This document shows positions 36,981 to 46,185 of a stretch of DNA of 64,000 nt, in pieces. Position 1 is the stretch's first letter. The number at the start of each line of letters is the position of its first letter. The DNA is from a virus (lineage: Duplodnaviria > Heunggongvirae > Uroviricota > Caudoviricetes), in the IMG/VR virus record IMGVR_UViG_3300033074_000961. One strand, 5' to 3'. The position numbers were made by a program, and so were the translations under genes. A model generated the notes under the pieces. That model saw only the letters and a list, made by a program, of their open reading frames with translations, made no database searches and was not told where the DNA came from.

Positions 36981-37532
36981 TCATAATGGACTGACTATCC
37001 CCCCCCGTTTGTCAAGAACTTCTTTCTTTTCTGTAAATCCTTGAAGGGCAGTAGAATCGGTAGCTGCAAAGAAACCGGGAAGACGTTGTTTTTCCTCGGT
37101 GTTACCCTCTCGGCGCATATCCCAAATACTGTCTATGAATTTTAGGTATTCTTCTTCTTCGTTGTAGCAAACGAATACGGATGCGTAAGAATTGACAACA
37201 TCATGCTCTACCCATATCCACAATGCTGCTTCAAAATGAAGCGTTGGAGAAATTTGATAAATTACACGCTGAATACCATCTTCTGGTTTTACAGGGCAGT
37301 TGTAAGTTACGCAATGTTCTTTATATTTTTCCAACAACTTCTCTGGGTCCACGGCAAAAGCAGTACGGAGAAGTTTAACCTTTTCCATCGTTCTTAACCA
37401 CTTACCCGAGGGTAAAAATGAGAACTCTCGGAGGTATCCATCAAAAGAGGCACATGGATGGCGATGAACTAGAAGCGGAAGAATCTTATCCCGCCAGTAT
37501 TCATGAACTTTATTGCAGTGGTTATAATTCAT
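36981..37532 (-). CDS. hypothetical protein
   Basis: 183-aa ORF. Confidence 0.4.
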   Translation of the reverse strand: MNYNHCNKVHEYWRDKILPLLVHRHPCASFDGYLREFSFLPSGKWLRTMEKVKLLRTAFAVDPEKLLEKYKEHCVTYNCPVKPEDGIQRVIYQISPTLHFEAALWIWVEHDVVNSYASVFVCYNEEEEYLKFIDSIWDMRREGNTEEKQRLPGFFAATDSTALQGFTEKKEVLDKRGGIVSPL

Positions 37533-37707
37533 TTTTGTATAAGTCGAAAATGTCGTTTAGCTTCGAGAGGAAGGTCGTCATATATTGACAACAACATCTC
37601 GTCGGTCTTCAATTCGGTAGGAAGTGTCCCATAAGTAAAGACTTTGAGTACGAGAGCCAGCTCGTAAATGGTAATATCGGGTTGTGGTGAATATACAAGT
37701 TTCTTTT

Positions 37708-39006
37708 TCATACTGCAATAGGTGCTTTGATAGCGGGGTGAGACTTATAGTCCACCAATTGTATGTCCTCAAACTTGAAATCCATCAGATTGCGGACATT
37801 GGGGTTGATGACTAACTTGGGCAGAATCTTGGGCGTTCTGCTTAGTTGTTCCTTGACTTGTTCCAAATGATTCTCATAGATATGCAAGTCTCCATAGGTA
37901 TGAGTGAATACTCCCGGCACCATATTGACACAATGAGCGATCAATGCAGTCAGTAGGCAATAGGACGTGATATTGAAAGGTACACCGAGGAAGGTGTCAC
38001 AACTGCGTTGGTAGAGCAAGCAATTAAGCCTTCGGCGAGGAACACCTACATTATCCAAATTCTTATGTTGATCTTCTTCCGTTTTACCGAGGTATTTGGG
38101 GAGCAATCCATACTTGCCATTATGATACACTTCGATTCTTTCTGCTATTGACAGAACTTCGGTATGAAAATGAAACATACAATGACATGGAGGTAGAGCA
38201 CAATGGTCAACCCAATAAGGATGCCAAGCACTAACAATTATGCGACGGTCATCGGGATTGGTCTTGAGCTTATCTACAACTTTCTTGAGTTGGTCCACTG
38301 TTCCATATTGGGTAGAGTCTAGTGGGTTATCGGCATTTCGTGGGACATAATAAGGAAATGCTCTCCACATTCCACCATAAGTTCCTTCCCCAAGTTCGCC
38401 CCACTTCTCAGCAAACTTGGCGTCGGTCTTAATGCGGTGAATGAATTCCGCCTGTGTATATTGCTCTGGTTCTGGACCGTGATGATGTTTGGTAAAGTCG
38501 GTAGTGCGTGTTCTTTCCTTGTTATACCAATCAACATATCGTTTATACGCCCATTCATCCCAGATATGAACGTCATTGTCCACAAGGTATTTGATGTTAG
38601 TATCCCCACGGATGAACCACAGCAATTCATGGACGATTGCTTTGAAGAAAATCTTCTTGGTAGTAAGAATAGGGAAGGCATCAAGGTCAATGTCGAACTT
38701 CGCTTGTGCTCCAAAGACCCCAATGGTATCAACCCCTGTACGATTCTTCTTACGTTTCCCTTCACGGAGAATAAGATTCAACAAATCATTGTATTCCGAA
38801 TCTACATGATTGTAAAATTGAATGACTTCTTCACAGGGAAGACATGGATGAACTTCTAGTCCACAGTTTGAACAGAGTTCTCTATCAATCTCTTCCTTTA
38901 CAACTTTGGGTAGAGATTCTTCAACACCCAGCTTTTGTGCAAGAGTCTTGAGCATCGCTTTTTCGTCGTTGGTTAATTCACTCATTTCCAGTACTTGGTT
39001 ATCCAA
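37708..39006 (-). CDS. thyA: thymidylate synthase family enzyme (ThyA / dNMP hydroxymethylase-type) with ~100-aa N-terminal Cys-containing extension
   Basis: FKAIVHELLWFIRGDTN, IVSAWHP, LPPCH active-site motif. N-terminal CSNCG...CLPCEE. Confidence 0.7.
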   Translation of the reverse strand: MDNQVLEMSELTNDEKAMLKTLAQKLGVEESLPKVVKEEIDRELCSNCGLEVHPCLPCEEVIQFYNHVDSEYNDLLNLILREGKRKKNRTGVDTIGVFGAQAKFDIDLDAFPILTTKKIFFKAIVHELLWFIRGDTNIKYLVDNDVHIWDEWAYKRYVDWYNKERTRTTDFTKHHHGPEPEQYTQAEFIHRIKTDAKFAEKWGELGEGTYGGMWRAFPYYVPRNADNPLDSTQYGTVDQLKKVVDKLKTNPDDRRIIVSAWHPYWVDHCALPPCHCMFHFHTEVLSIAERIEVYHNGKYGLLPKYLGKTEEDQHKNLDNVGVPRRRLNCLLYQRSCDTFLGVPFNITSYCLLTALIAHCVNMVPGVFTHTYGDLHIYENHLEQVKEQLSRTPKILPKLVINPNVRNLMDFKFEDIQLVDYKSHPAIKAPIAV

Positions 39007-39455
39007 AAATCCTTCTCTTCCCTAATCGTTTCTGATTTGGGAAACAAATGTTCAAACTCGGGCATGTAAGTATCACCTTCATAGTCACCGAGCACATTCG
39101 TTACATAAAGCTCGCTACATCGAGGAAGCATTGTTGTGTAAGTCTTTGCCCCACCAACAACCCATACCCGAGGCCACGGCACAGTAAGATGCCTTAAATC
39201 ATCGGGACTTACATACCGCCATTTTTCCGATGGCTGTAGTGCTCGTAAATTAGGGTTATTGGTCAAGATGTATGTGAACCTATTGGGAAGTGCTCCTACT
39301 TTCTGAAAGGTAGTCAATCCCATAATTAGGTATCCACCGAGAGTAGGGTCCGTGGTCATCTTTTTGAACCACTTCATGTCTTCGGAGATATGCCAAGGTA
39401 TTTCACCCTTGTATCCGATGACTCTATTTCCAGACATTGCTACGATTGCTTTCAT
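38982..39455 (-). CDS. folA: dihydrofolate reductase
   Basis: IVAMSGNRVIGYKGEIPW, IMGLTTF, WVVGGAKTY. Immediately upstream of thyA, as in T4 frd-td. Confidence 0.75.
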   Translation of the reverse strand: MKAIVAMSGNRVIGYKGEIPWHISEDMKWFKKMTTDPTLGGYLIMGLTTFQKVGALPNRFTYILTNNPNLRALQPSEKWRYVSPDDLRHLTVPWPRVWVVGGAKTYTTMLPRCSELYVTNVLGDYEGDTYMPEFEHLFPKSETIREEKDFWITKYWK

Positions 39456-39790
39456 GAATAGATGGTAGGAAAATCAGTTTTCAACTTGTTGTACGCTTCC
39501 CTATCATTCCATAGGATAGCATTTGATGCCATTGTTGCATAAGGTTCTACACAATTAGCACACACAAATTCAAGGAATGCCAGTTCCTTCTTGCCAAACT
39601 TGGTCTTATCCTCAATTTGAACATAATTCAGCAAAGCATCTACGATGAGCTTGGCGTCATATTTGTCCTTGGCACGAGCAATGATTTCCTCTTGCCCCTC
39701 TGGTCCTTTCCACACGGCAACTTCTTTACCATTCCATCCTTCTTCAATGAAACACCAATAGTGGTCGTTGCCGTATTTTGTTGCACTCAT
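39452..39790 (-). CDS. hypothetical protein
   Basis: 112-aa ORF. Confidence 0.35.
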   Translation of the reverse strand: MSATKYGNDHYWCFIEEGWNGKEVAVWKGPEGQEEIIARAKDKYDAKLIVDALLNYVQIEDKTKFGKKELAFLEFVCANCVEPYATMASNAILWNDREAYNKLKTDFPTIYS

Positions 39791-39832
39791 ATAACGTAGT
39801 ATCGCAGATCGTCCCGCAGTTGTCCACTTATT

Positions 39833-40243
39833 TTAAGTTTTACCGAAAGCCTTTTGTTGTTCTTCCCCGCCGTTTGGAACAAGTGGATAGAACTTACCCT
39901 TTTCAAGAGTGATGGTTTGGTCTCTATGAAAGGTCACACCAAGCTGCCCATCTTTCTTTACTATCTGTACATCCAGAATACCAAGACTCAAGATGGCAGA
40001 CCATATTTGATGGTACACGGGGTCAATGGGTGGGAACGGCGGCGAGTAGGGAATTGCTGTGAATACGGGAGTATCGCCGATTGGTTTGTTTAATACTTCC
40101 ATCCACTTCTTCATTAGATCGGGGTCGGGTTTTGAAAACTCTTCCATAGCTTCCCGGTGCCGCTTCTCTTCCTCGGGAGTTAACTCAACAGGCGGATACT
40201 TATCACTTTCCGTCCACGGGCCGTAATGGGGTAGTTTCTTCAT
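39833..40243 (-). CDS. hypothetical protein
   Basis: 136-aa ORF. Confidence 0.35.
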   Translation of the reverse strand: MKKLPHYGPWTESDKYPPVELTPEEEKRHREAMEEFSKPDPDLMKKWMEVLNKPIGDTPVFTAIPYSPPFPPIDPVYHQIWSAILSLGILDVQIVKKDGQLGVTFHRDQTITLEKGKFYPLVPNGGEEQQKAFGKT

Positions 40244-40577
40244 AAGGGATTAGTTTATAGTCATAGTCTTCTATGATATGGGGAGTTTCCCACGAAGACC
40301 ATTCATTACAGGTGACAACTTCATAGATACCATCTTTGCACTCATCAAGGTTGATGATGTTTTTGACTACTTCATCAGCACCAGCATTATGACAATCTTC
40401 ATAGAGAAGATTATATCCTTGGCATTTGCGCCGAAGATAACGGAGGGTTTTCTTGATATGTATTCCACTCCCGTCGTGCCATACCGAAGTTGTAAGTCGG
40501 ACAACACACTTGGGCGGGGGTTCTTTATACTTGGCAACCAAGTCATCAAAGGTTAGTGCTGTGATTTCTTTGCTCAT
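40203..40577 (-). CDS. hypothetical protein
   Basis: 124-aa ORF. Confidence 0.35.
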   Translation of the reverse strand: MSKEITALTFDDLVAKYKEPPPKCVVRLTTSVWHDGSGIHIKKTLRYLRRKCQGYNLLYEDCHNAGADEVVKNIINLDECKDGIYEVVTCNEWSSWETPHIIEDYDYKLIPYEETTPLRPVDGK

Positions 40578-41176
40578 CGGGCAACTACTTTGATGAAGTA
40601 GGTTAGTTCAATCTTCTCACCCACCGTAGAGGATACATCCTTGATAAGTTGACCTATCGTAACCGTATCCTCACGGACAAAGGGTTGATTGAGCAGACAT
40701 ATCTGGTTCACTCGCTTCTGAATTTTTCCTTGAATGATCTTGTCCCGCACCGGAGCAGGTTTGCCCTCCGTCTCACGGATGTATTCACTTGCCCACTTCA
40801 AGCGAACATCCTCTGGAATGGACTCCATAGAGATGTACTCGGGAGCAACAGGAGCAGAGACAATATGCATACAGATATTTTTTGCCAATGTAATGAAGGC
40901 ATCACTCTTGGCAACGAAGTCGGTCTGACATGCAAGCACAATCATTGCGCCAACACGGTTGTTGTGGACGTAAGAGTACACAATCTTGGTGTTGGCAGTG
41001 CGATTCGCCATCTCATTGGCATCTGCTTGCTTCTCGGCAATCAGAATCTTGACCGCTTCCGCCTCATCACCATTCGCTCGTTGAAGAGCTTCGTTGATCT
41101 TATTGATAGGTGAAAAGGTGATAGCACGGATATGCTTTACCTTCTCCACATTGGTCATTGTCTTTTCAACATTCAT
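40574..41176 (-). CDS. tsf: translation elongation factor Ts (EF-Ts)-like protein, short form
   Basis: N-terminal UBA-like VKHIRAITFSPINKINEALQ...AEAVKILIAE, core LACQTDFVAKSDAF (compare EF-Ts CETDFVA+N..F), C-terminal LLNQPFVREDTVTIGQLIKD. Confidence 0.55.
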   Translation of the reverse strand: MNVEKTMTNVEKVKHIRAITFSPINKINEALQRANGDEAEAVKILIAEKQADANEMANRTANTKIVYSYVHNNRVGAMIVLACQTDFVAKSDAFITLAKNICMHIVSAPVAPEYISMESIPEDVRLKWASEYIRETEGKPAPVRDKIIQGKIQKRVNQICLLNQPFVREDTVTIGQLIKDVSSTVGEKIELTYFIKVVAR

Positions 41177-41436
41177 TGTTCAAGTCCTTTCCATAACTCG
41201 GGGTCGGGATGGAGTTCCATACACTTTTTCATGAAATCACCCCGAGAGGGTATCTTGCTCTTACCGGGAAAACTCGCCGTGGCGTATGCCAAGAGAACAT
41301 CTAATGGATGTTCTTTGACATGATGCTGTAGATAGGCATAGAAACCATTTAAGGTTTCCCAATTGCCTTTCGTCATTTCTCCATCTATGAAATCATAAAT
41401 GGAATCAAGCACCGCATCACTTACGTCCTGCATCAT
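41173..41436 (-). CDS. hypothetical protein
   Basis: Internal start MMQDV of ORF 41173..41646. Confidence 0.3.
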   Translation of the reverse strand: MMQDVSDAVLDSIYDFIDGEMTKGNWETLNGFYAYLQHHVKEHPLDVLLAYATASFPGKSKIPSRGDFMKKCMELHPDPELWKGLEQ

Positions 41437-41713
41437 CTGATTTTGTTCCTTTGCCGAAGACTTGTTCAAACAAACCACTCTTACCAAAGACTTCCTCGAA
41501 CACGCTTTCGTATTCTCTGTACAATCCTTGATTGATTGGTTTAGTGAACCGCAACCCTTGTTTGCACGTTGGGCATGGCAGAGTAAAGATGGGTGCATTG
41601 GTGGGATAATCTCCCTTTTCCATTTCAAACTGACAACCACATACACGGCAAGAGAATTTCTTACCCAACCACCAGAACTCTGGTTCTAATTTGCCTTCTT
41701 TCAGTATTTTCAT
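41417..41713 (-). CDS. zinc-ribbon hypothetical protein
   Basis: CRVCGCQF...CPTCKQ. Confidence 0.3.
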   Translation of the reverse strand: MKILKEGKLEPEFWWLGKKFSCRVCGCQFEMEKGDYPTNAPIFTLPCPTCKQGLRFTKPINQGLYREYESVFEEVFGKSGLFEQVFGKGTKSDDAGRK

Positions 41714-41864
41714 TTTGTAAACTTTCCCCACAGGAATCCAACAGCAACAAATCCAACGAGTATAATGGCAAGGTGCATTGCTTTCACTCCTACCCAAGCT
41801 ATCGCCAATCCCTTCACTAAAATAACGAGAAGGAAAATAATTGCTATGACTCCTACAACTTTGT

Positions 41865-42656
41865 TCATTTTGGATATTCAGGTATCATTGCAAGGATTTT
41901 ATCCTTATCTTCGGTAAACTTCCACGCACCCTTGGAAACCCATCTAGTGCGCTCAACGGTGTTGTCTTGAATTTGAGCTTCAAAACTCTCTTTCACAATG
42001 AGACGCCCGTTCTTCTCACCATCGGTGTAATCCGTGGCCCAGTTCTTACCCGCTTGGTGAATCATCTCATGCTTGTCCGAAGTGGACTTGCCGTGAAGCT
42101 CCTTGTGCGAGTACAGGGATTGAGCAACCATTGAGACAGAGTTGCGAGCACAATCTTGATTACGCCAGATGAAGTAGTTCATCACTTCAACTCTGTCAGG
42201 AATGGTGAATACACGGGCATCAAAGAATGCCAGATGCTTTCGCATCCTCGCTTCTTTCAAATCCATTGGCAGTGTTTGAGTAATCTTAAACGCTCTCTCA
42301 AGCCGACATTGATTGAATTCCGCAGTCATGATAGATGCCGCCACAGAACACATTTTCTGTAGGTTGCCGTCAAACCATGCACAAGTACCAATGTCAACGA
42401 AGTCGGTCAAAAGTACACTGATCTCGTCAGATTGGGTATAGGCGAAGACCGCCCCCTGAAGTTCTGGGAGCATCGCAATGATTGCGGCGTCAATGTCCTC
42501 AAAGAGTCCTTTGTCAAAAGGTTTCTCAAGTCCTCGGGTGTACGTATGAAATGCCTTACCATCCAGACGGATGATTGTGTAAGTGCGTCTTGGCAGTAAG
42601 AACCGAGTACGGTCCTCATACTGCCCCTTCATTCTGTCGCCAAGTGCGTCTTGCAT
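41865..42656 (-). CDS. Thg1-like protein (tRNA-His guanylyltransferase / 3'-5' nucleotide polymerase family)
   Basis: RLDGKAFHTYTRGLEKPFD, AYTQSDEISVLL, FFDARVFTIP, NYFIWRNQDCARNSVSM follow the Thg1 family motif pattern. Confidence 0.6.
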   Translation of the reverse strand: MQDALGDRMKGQYEDRTRFLLPRRTYTIIRLDGKAFHTYTRGLEKPFDKGLFEDIDAAIIAMLPELQGAVFAYTQSDEISVLLTDFVDIGTCAWFDGNLQKMCSVAASIMTAEFNQCRLERAFKITQTLPMDLKEARMRKHLAFFDARVFTIPDRVEVMNYFIWRNQDCARNSVSMVAQSLYSHKELHGKSTSDKHEMIHQAGKNWATDYTDGEKNGRLIVKESFEAQIQDNTVERTRWVSKGAWKFTEDKDKILAMIPEYPK

Positions 42657-42659
42657 AAG

Positions 42660-43127
42660 TTATGAGAAGTGTTCGAACTGGAAGGTTGTCTCGGGACCAG
42701 TGCGCCAGACAACATCGCTGCCCTGATTGTCATAGAGAGCACCACCCGACCAACCTGTATTCAAGTTCAAATTGTCCTTGAAGATGTTGGGAAGAACGTT
42801 CCAACTCCAATTTACACTGACATCGGTTGACCCTGCAAATGTGGGTTCCCAATACAAACTCTGAGCGAGAGTAATCCACACTTCGGGACGCTTCTCAAAT
42901 GGATTGGTTCCAATAGAGAAGTCCAGACCGAAATAGGACTCCCCGTTGAGAGATTCACCACCACCGCCAAGGGTCAGTTCCCAACTGCCATATTCATTCT
43001 CCGCAGCGGGAGCATTGGTCAGTGATAGAGACGGAGCCGTAATGGCGTTAGTGCTGATGTTTGTCTGAGCGTTAACACTGAAGGTCAGTGCGACGAGCAG
43101 AATGAGTGATACAATGTACTTTTTCAT
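42660..43127 (-). CDS. signal-peptide protein, probable outer-membrane β-barrel
   Basis: MKKYIVSLILLVALTFSVNA signal peptide, alternating Gly/aromatic β-strand pattern, ends ...FQFEHFS. Confidence 0.4.
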   Translation of the reverse strand: MKKYIVSLILLVALTFSVNAQTNISTNAITAPSLSLTNAPAAENEYGSWELTLGGGGESLNGESYFGLDFSIGTNPFEKRPEVWITLAQSLYWEPTFAGSTDVSVNWSWNVLPNIFKDNLNLNTGWSGGALYDNQGSDVVWRTGPETTFQFEHFS

Positions 43128-43396
43128 ATGATTGTTTTCTGTATGTGTGTTTTGGTTGGGTGAGACAATTAGTCCGAGTTCATGGGAACGACGCAAGAGA
43201 AGAGAATCATCTTGGTCAATGAATATGTTTGTTGCCATAAATTAGAATCCCCACTCGTCTCGGAGTGCTTTCTTATCTGCCTTGCGCTTCTCACGGACTT
43301 CCTTGCGACGTTTCTTCGCTGCCCCACGGCGTTGCTGTGGGGTCATATAGCGAGTATCAATACGCTCGGCATGTCTTTCTTTGAGGACGTAGGGTC

Positions 43397-43696
43397 TCAT
43401 ACTACATTATACTTTCTCCACCATTCCAAGTCTTCACAGAAAAAGGCATGATACCCACAATGCTCCGTCCAAATAAGAAGCATCTCGTGCCCATCCACCT
43501 TTTGCTTCCTCAAATTTGCATTTTGGAATAAAAAGTGTGACCTATCACCGTGACACACTTCAACCACATAGTTAAACATATCACAGCGAAGGGTCGGACG
43601 CCTTGCTTCAAGGATTTCCTGTGCTTTCTTGATGACGGGATGCATTACGATTTGATGACGTAGGTATTCAGGAACAGCTTCCGTTTGACAATCCAA
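43397..43696 (-). CDS. hypothetical protein
   Basis: 99-aa ORF. Confidence 0.3.
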   Translation of the reverse strand: MDCQTEAVPEYLRHQIVMHPVIKKAQEILEARRPTLRCDMFNYVVEVCHGDRSHFLFQNANLRKQKVDGHEMLLIWTEHCGYHAFFCEDLEWWRKYNVV

Positions 43697-44160
43697 ATGT
43701 CGGTAAGGTCAGTCTGGTTTTGACAAATAAAGTCGCCTTCTTCGCCAGCCTGAACATTCTTCTCCGTGCCAACGGTAGCACCCCACTGCCCGATAATGGT
43801 AAACGAATTGCGGTTGTGTCCATCGGGCGTCGTCATGTCGTGCGTAACTTCAACGCAGTTTACAGCATTGTCGGGCAACGGTTCACAATCCATCCAGCCA
43901 TCTTTGTCAATGCTTTTGACAACGTACTTTTGAAGGAGTTTCTTGGGCATCTGCTGCCAAGCATCGCCTGCTTCGCCGACACAGATAACCACGCCATCGC
44001 CGAGGGGTTCATGCCCTTCCAACGTATCCACGAGGAACTTGCTAGTAACGGTACGGTCAACCAAAAGACTGACCAATGGCTTTGCTTTAATGGGGCGAGT
44101 CTTACTGGCAATTCGCCAATTCGTTATTTTTGTAGTATCAATTCTCATACGCTTCTCCAC
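43645..44160 (-). CDS. hypothetical protein
   Basis: 171-aa ORF. Confidence 0.4.
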   Translation of the reverse strand: MEKRMRIDTTKITNWRIASKTRPIKAKPLVSLLVDRTVTSKFLVDTLEGHEPLGDGVVICVGEAGDAWQQMPKKLLQKYVVKSIDKDGWMDCEPLPDNAVNCVEVTHDMTTPDGHNRNSFTIIGQWGATVGTEKNVQAGEEGDFICQNQTDLTDIWIVKRKLFLNTYVIKS

Positions 44161-45179
44161 CTTCCACCATAGAACAATGCTTTGAGAATGGACATGCCCT
44201 TCGGGTCACGCTTTCCCATGCCGTGTAACGGATCTGGTGCTGCTGTTACGACTTTTGGGTTATAGGATTCTCTGAACGCTTGAAATACATTCACTGCCCT
44301 GTTAAGCAAATCACCCTTGAGACAGAGTTCATCGCACAGCATGAAGTTCTTGTATCCAATATCAGCCAACCACGCCAATTCGTGAAAGTCAGCACACGAA
44401 GGAACGGGGTCGGTAATCACTGACAATAGTATCCGAGAGCCTACTATAGCTTCGGGGTCTTTGTCAACAATCATTTTCACTGCTGCTAAAATCTCGTGGG
44501 GTCTGTCAACTTCGACATACAAATCACCACGGGCGGCAACCAAGTTGCGATTAGGTTTCTTTTTGTATTCGTTTGCCACGTACGCCAACCCCGCCTTGTT
44601 CTCTATCTTTAAGTTGACAATGGCATCATCCCCTACCATTTCAACGAATTGATCTACGTCCCTCTGTGATTCAACGTAGGACAGAAACCAATGCTTAAAT
44701 CCAGCTGCCTTGACTTTCTCAATCTTTTCCAGCTCAACTGGTACAAATTGAGGACCACTAACAACCAGACTTTCATCACGGATATGAAGGGATTCCCCTT
44801 CCTTCACCATATACTTGGGACCACCTAAAAACTTGAGACGGAAACCACCTTCACAAACTTCGTGAAGAAGGGCGACATCCGCCCCTGCCTTGAAAAGAAC
44901 AGGGGTCGGAGTATCAACCTGAATCGGATGGTTAATCCGTATGTCCAAATACTCGTCATTCGGAATGAATTCCGTAACTCGGAGCTGACGCCCCTTAATG
45001 TCGTAATAGAGGGGCACATCAATACGCATATTCTTAATCCTTTCAAGCTCTTCGTCCAACTCAACCATGCTCATCATGGCACTATTCAGACGAATACTTG
45101 AAATGCGGTCATCTGTGGCGAAAGGCGCAAAGTGCGGAAAGCTTGGCCAAAGAGTGACTGACAGATTAAGGTTATTCAT
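44145..45179 (-). CDS. pyruvate-kinase-like / HpcH-type TIM-barrel protein
   Basis: LVAARGDLYVEVD resembles the PK active-site motif MVARGDLGVE. 344 aa, barrel only. Confidence 0.35.
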   Translation of the reverse strand: MNNLNLSVTLWPSFPHFAPFATDDRISSIRLNSAMMSMVELDEELERIKNMRIDVPLYYDIKGRQLRVTEFIPNDEYLDIRINHPIQVDTPTPVLFKAGADVALLHEVCEGGFRLKFLGGPKYMVKEGESLHIRDESLVVSGPQFVPVELEKIEKVKAAGFKHWFLSYVESQRDVDQFVEMVGDDAIVNLKIENKAGLAYVANEYKKKPNRNLVAARGDLYVEVDRPHEILAAVKMIVDKDPEAIVGSRILLSVITDPVPSCADFHELAWLADIGYKNFMLCDELCLKGDLLNRAVNVFQAFRESYNPKVVTAAPDPLHGMGKRDPKGMSILKALFYGGRWRSV

Positions 45180-45184
45180 ATTGA

Positions 45185-46180
45185 TTAGATTAAGGGTTTC
45201 ATCGTCTTACCGCTCCCGTCACCAATCTTCTTGACGGACTTGCGGAGGACAGACTTCCCACCACCCAACTTGGCACGGGTCGTTTCTGACGTTTTGTGAA
45301 TCGTTGCGAGCGACTTGTAAACGGTCTTGACCTGATCGGCAGATTGACGGTCTTCAATTTCGTGCTCAAAGTAAGCGATGCGATTCGCTTCCTTGGCAAG
45401 AATGCCGAAGATAACGTCCACCACACGCCCAGCCTCGGGAAGGTTGGCAATATGGTCATCACCGAGCAGTTCTGCCCAATGCTTCGTAATGCGACGGTCC
45501 TCTTCACTCAACGTATTCCCCGAAGAAGACCCATAGGGCTTACGAATGAGATAGACGGAGAACTTTTCCTTGAGTTTCTTGAACACCTGAGCGGTGGACA
45601 AGGATTTCTCCAACTTAATCCCGAGCAGCTGTTCGGCATGGTCGGGAGAAATGCTATCGTAGCATTGTTCGTCACCGATGAAAATCATAACGGGTTTGAC
45701 CGCCTTGGGGATTTCCATCTTCTCGGCAGCGAATAAAGCAGCGAGTTCATAGGTTTCTGTGGTTTGCCCACCACCACCACCTTCAATTACCAACTCCTTG
45801 AGTCGGTCCTTGAGTTCGAGACCCTTGGCGAAAGGACGCACTTGCAACGGGTACTTCTCGTTACAATAAGCATCACCAATTGCCATGAAGCAGATTTCGG
45901 CATCTTCACCCATGTACTCCTTCAACTCGTTTTCGAGATAAGGGAGTTTGGAGAAGATTGTGGCAGGCCAATCACCCATGCTGCCAGTCTCGTCAACGAC
46001 AATCACCAGTGGAGCAGAACTGTCGGTCTTGACGTTTTCGGCAATGAGGTCTTTGGTTCCCTTGCCAGCGGATACGGCAGCAGAATAACTGCGACCAACG
46101 TAAGCATCATAAGTGCGACGAGCACTTGCAAAATCGTGTCCTTTCCAGACACCGGGACTATAATCACCTGATTCAGACAT
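45185..46180 (-). CDS. vWA domain protein
   Basis: MIDAS VVDETGSMGD; IFIGDEQ. Confidence 0.55.
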   Translation of the reverse strand: MSESGDYSPGVWKGHDFASARRTYDAYVGRSYSAAVSAGKGTKDLIAENVKTDSSAPLVIVVDETGSMGDWPATIFSKLPYLENELKEYMGEDAEICFMAIGDAYCNEKYPLQVRPFAKGLELKDRLKELVIEGGGGGQTTETYELAALFAAEKMEIPKAVKPVMIFIGDEQCYDSISPDHAEQLLGIKLEKSLSTAQVFKKLKEKFSVYLIRKPYGSSSGNTLSEEDRRITKHWAELLGDDHIANLPEAGRVVDVIFGILAKEANRIAYFEHEIEDRQSADQVKTVYKSLATIHKTSETTRAKLGGGKSVLRKSVKKIGDGSGKTMKPLI

Positions 46181-46185
46181 ATGTT

